From assembly GCF_009914755.1 (NCBI RefSeq), contig NC_060947.1: a stretch of 64,000 bases of DNA; one strand, written 5' to 3'. The notes under the pieces are model-generated. The model ran no database searches. It was not told the DNA's origin and worked only from the letters and a program-made list of their open reading frames with translations. A program made the position numbers and the translations under genes. Shown piece by piece: positions 61,134 through 64,000 of the stretch. This DNA comes from the human T2T-CHM13v2.0 reference genome, Homo sapiens. Within the stretch, counting starts at the first letter, position 1; every line of letters begins with the position of its first letter.

Positions 61134-61725
61134 TAGATACTTCGGACCTAGAGAAAAATCTTAAACCAAGATGCTTTTTGTACAGATTGAACCCAAAAGG
61201 AAAAACCTTCACGGCAAAATGCCAAACTCCTGAACACCAGAATAATGATGGAGAGAGCATCAATCCATACCATAATAGTCACTCATAAAAAGACCATAAT
61301 AAGTCATGTTGTGGGTATCTGCAAGTCATGTTGTAATATATCACTCACTGATGTGATCAGTCAGTGAGAAAACTACTAATGAATCTTTCCTCATTCCATA
61401 CATTAATGTTTGGGGAAGTTATTACTTTAGAATCCATCAGATGAATGTGTCAAGTGACATCCATACCCTAAGGAGGCATTGGTCCAGTGGATTTAATCAC
61501 AAAACCTGACATATCCATTTCACTGCAGGCCACGTGTATGGCTTCATATGCAACTGCATTGAAATTAAAATTGAATGACAATATATGAAGAAATTTGAGG
61601 GCATTACCAGTGGCAAATTTTCTTCTTTATGAGTATAGGCTGGAGCTACCATAACATCTATTTTAAAGCTCAGAGCTCAAAAATATAGGATAAAATGCAC
61701 ATAGTAAGCCAATAGGCTAATAGTA

Positions 61726-61805
61726 TTAAGTTCGTGCAAAAGTTATTGCGGTTTGTTCCATTAAACGTAATGGCAAAAAGCACAATTTCTTTTGCACCAA
61801 CCTAA
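61726..61805. mobile_element. MADE1 (Hsmar1-derived MITE), 80 bp
   Basis: ttaagttcgtgcaaaagttattgcgg…gcacaatttcttttgcaccaacctaa; imperfect palindrome flanked by TA. Confidence 0.92.
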
Positions 61806-62560
61806 TAGTAAATAGTAGCAGGAATTGTTCCCTTTAGCAGTTTCAAATAGGAATAGAGATGAGGATGTCTTGATCGTTCTGCAACATTCTAAACCCTATA
61901 CATTTAGAATCATGGGTTTATTTATTTTCTTTCTCCTTATGGCCTGCATGTTACTGTAGCCATAGATGAGTCTTCTTCATTTGGGTTTCAATCATGTTTT
62001 AGATTTCTATCAGTTAGGTTTATTTTAGATGTTTCAAGGTGTTCCCAACAAGGACACTTGGAAGGAATAAATACCAGACACCATAGGGACTCCCTGAGGA
62101 CTTTGATCATCTGAGGCCTGGATCATCTCTGCTGCCTTGGTGGAACAAACCAGTTAGGCCAGTTCACGCATGACTTGCATGGTGGTCCAGTAACTGGAAA
62201 AAGCACATACATGTTCTCTTTCTTGGAGGAAGTCCTTAAAGATGATGCCATTTGCCCTATCACTAAATGTTACTTTTTTGTGATTGAATCACATACTAGT
62301 GTTAACTTAAAATGTGTTGCTTTTCAAGTGCAGACGAGCTCTGAGCGATGTCAGTAGTGTATGCAAGAAGATATGTGAGATTGTTTTCTGAAAGTGGTAC
62401 TGGGACCCTAGCCGGCCACTCATGTTCTCTTGAGAGTTTGCCTGCTATGGCCAACCACATGTAGTAAATGGCCTTAGACATGCAGCCAAATTTCTTGAAG
62501 CAGAAAAATGGGGTAATAAAGTAGCATTTCATAAGACACTCATATATGCCAAATCCTTTG

Positions 62561-62864
62561 TCTTTTTTTCTTTTTTTTTTTTTTGAGACGGAGTCTCGCG
62601 CTGTCTCCCAGGCTGGAGTGCAATGGCATGGTCTCGGCTCACTGCAACCTCCATCTGGTTCAAGCAATTCCCCTGCCTCAGCCTCCCAAGTAGCTGGTAT
62701 TACAGGCACCTGCCACCACGTCCGGCTAATTTTTTTGTATTTTTAGTAGAGACGGGGTTTCACCATGTTGGCCAGACTGGTCTCGAACTCCTGATCTTGG
62801 GCAATCCGCTCGCCTTGGCCTCCCAAAGTGCTGGGATTACAGGCGTGAACCACCACATCCGGCC
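62561..62864 (-). mobile_element. AluS
   Basis: Full dimer; TSD aaa(t/c)cctttgtctt. Confidence 0.96.
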
Positions 62865-62989
62865 AAACCCTTTGTCTTCTAAATTTACTTTTAATTCTTC
62901 CAACAATCTTATCAAATATGTTTGTGATGTTGCCATGCCTGAAATACTTGAATATTTCAAGCAAGTGCAGCTAGTATTCACTTTAAAAA

Positions 62990-63275
62990 GGTTTCTTTTT
63001 CTTAAGTTTTACAGGTTTAGGGGGTACAAGTGCAGTTATGGGACATGGAGTGATTGCATAGTGATGAAGTCTGGGCTGTTATTGTAGCCATCACCCGAAT
63101 AATGTACATTGAAACCATTAAGTAATTTCTCATCCCTCACCTTCCTCTCACTCTTCCACCCTTTTGAGTCTCCAACATCTATTATTCCACTCTCTATGTC
63201 CATTGTATACATTTTTTAACTCCCACTTTTGCGTAAGAACACGTGGTATTTGATCTTCTGTTTCTAAATTATTTC
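62990..63275 (-). mobile_element. L1PB-like 3' end
   Basis: ggggtacaagtgcag…ttgcatagtgatgaagtctgggct…catcacccgaataatgtacattg. Confidence 0.88.
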
Positions 63276-63544
63276 AGGTAAGATAATACATATAACATAA
63301 TATGTAATTATATATAATGGAAATAGCTATAGAGATTCTAGGTGTACTTGAATTATGTAAAAGACAGTAATGCTGGTGTACATCTATATACATCAGGTTT
63401 AGGGTGTGATACCTGCATAAAATGCATATATATGTGTGCGTATATGGCCGAAATGGTGAATTTAAAAACCTTGTACCTGGAGAAAAAATCTTAAACCAAG
63501 ATGTGTTTTGTATAGTTTGTGCCCAAAATGTGTAGGTTGAGCCT

Positions 63545-64000
63545 ATATATAAATATGTATGTGTGTGTATACACACAAACACACAGTATATGTTATATAT
63601 AAAACGTACATAATGTATATATACACACATACATGTGAATATGTATATGTGTATATATGTATAATACATGTATATGAAATATATATATATGTATATTAAT
63701 ATATTTATATATATTTAATGTATACACACATTATATATTATATATATTTATTACATATATTATATATAATGTATAGATACATTATATATTATATAATATA
63801 TTAATATATTTATTACATATATTATATATAACGTATATATGCATTAAATATATATATTAAATATATTAATATATTATATATAATGTATATATTTCATATA
63901 CATGTATGATACATATATACACATATATTATATATACATATTCACATGTATGTGTGATTAATTAAATATATTAATATATTTAATATATTATATATAATGT
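63545..64000. repeat. AT-rich low-complexity tract containing a long inverted repeat
   Basis: Very AT-rich; outer arms 63624-63648 and 63932-63956 are exact reverse complements. Confidence 0.93.

Overview
Primate (human-like) non-coding genomic DNA. It is AT-rich and CpG-depleted, with no CpG island, and I recognise no host protein-coding exon, RNA gene or CRISPR-type array. The window is a mosaic of about 20 Alu elements, many 5'-truncated L1 pieces, about 18 solo or partial LTRs (MER34, MLT1/2, THE1 x4, LTR1, MER41A, MER4 x2, LTR4-like, LTR8, MER57, MER54/74-like, LTR47, MER31), DNA-transposon fossils (MER1A x4, MER20 x2, MER58 x3, MER44, MER30, MADE1) and micro/minisatellites. Nested insertions with readable target-site duplications (TSDs) are common. 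The longer ORFs are repeat-derived or unsupported. Family names come from my recall of consensus sequences, not a database search, and boundaries without a TSD are approximate. I found no convincing new gene system. The most notable signals are structural: (i) repeated short inverted 'templated' duplications, including a double-hairpin scar in a THE1A LTR at the position of the PRDM9-motif precursor; (ii) a ~330-bp AT-rich quasi-palindrome; (iii) a minisatellite that grew inside an L1 3' end; (iv) four MER1A copies within 31 kb; (v) a STIR-like, partly duplicated MLT1 LTR that suggests a distal Xp22.3 or X-Y homologous origin (inference).
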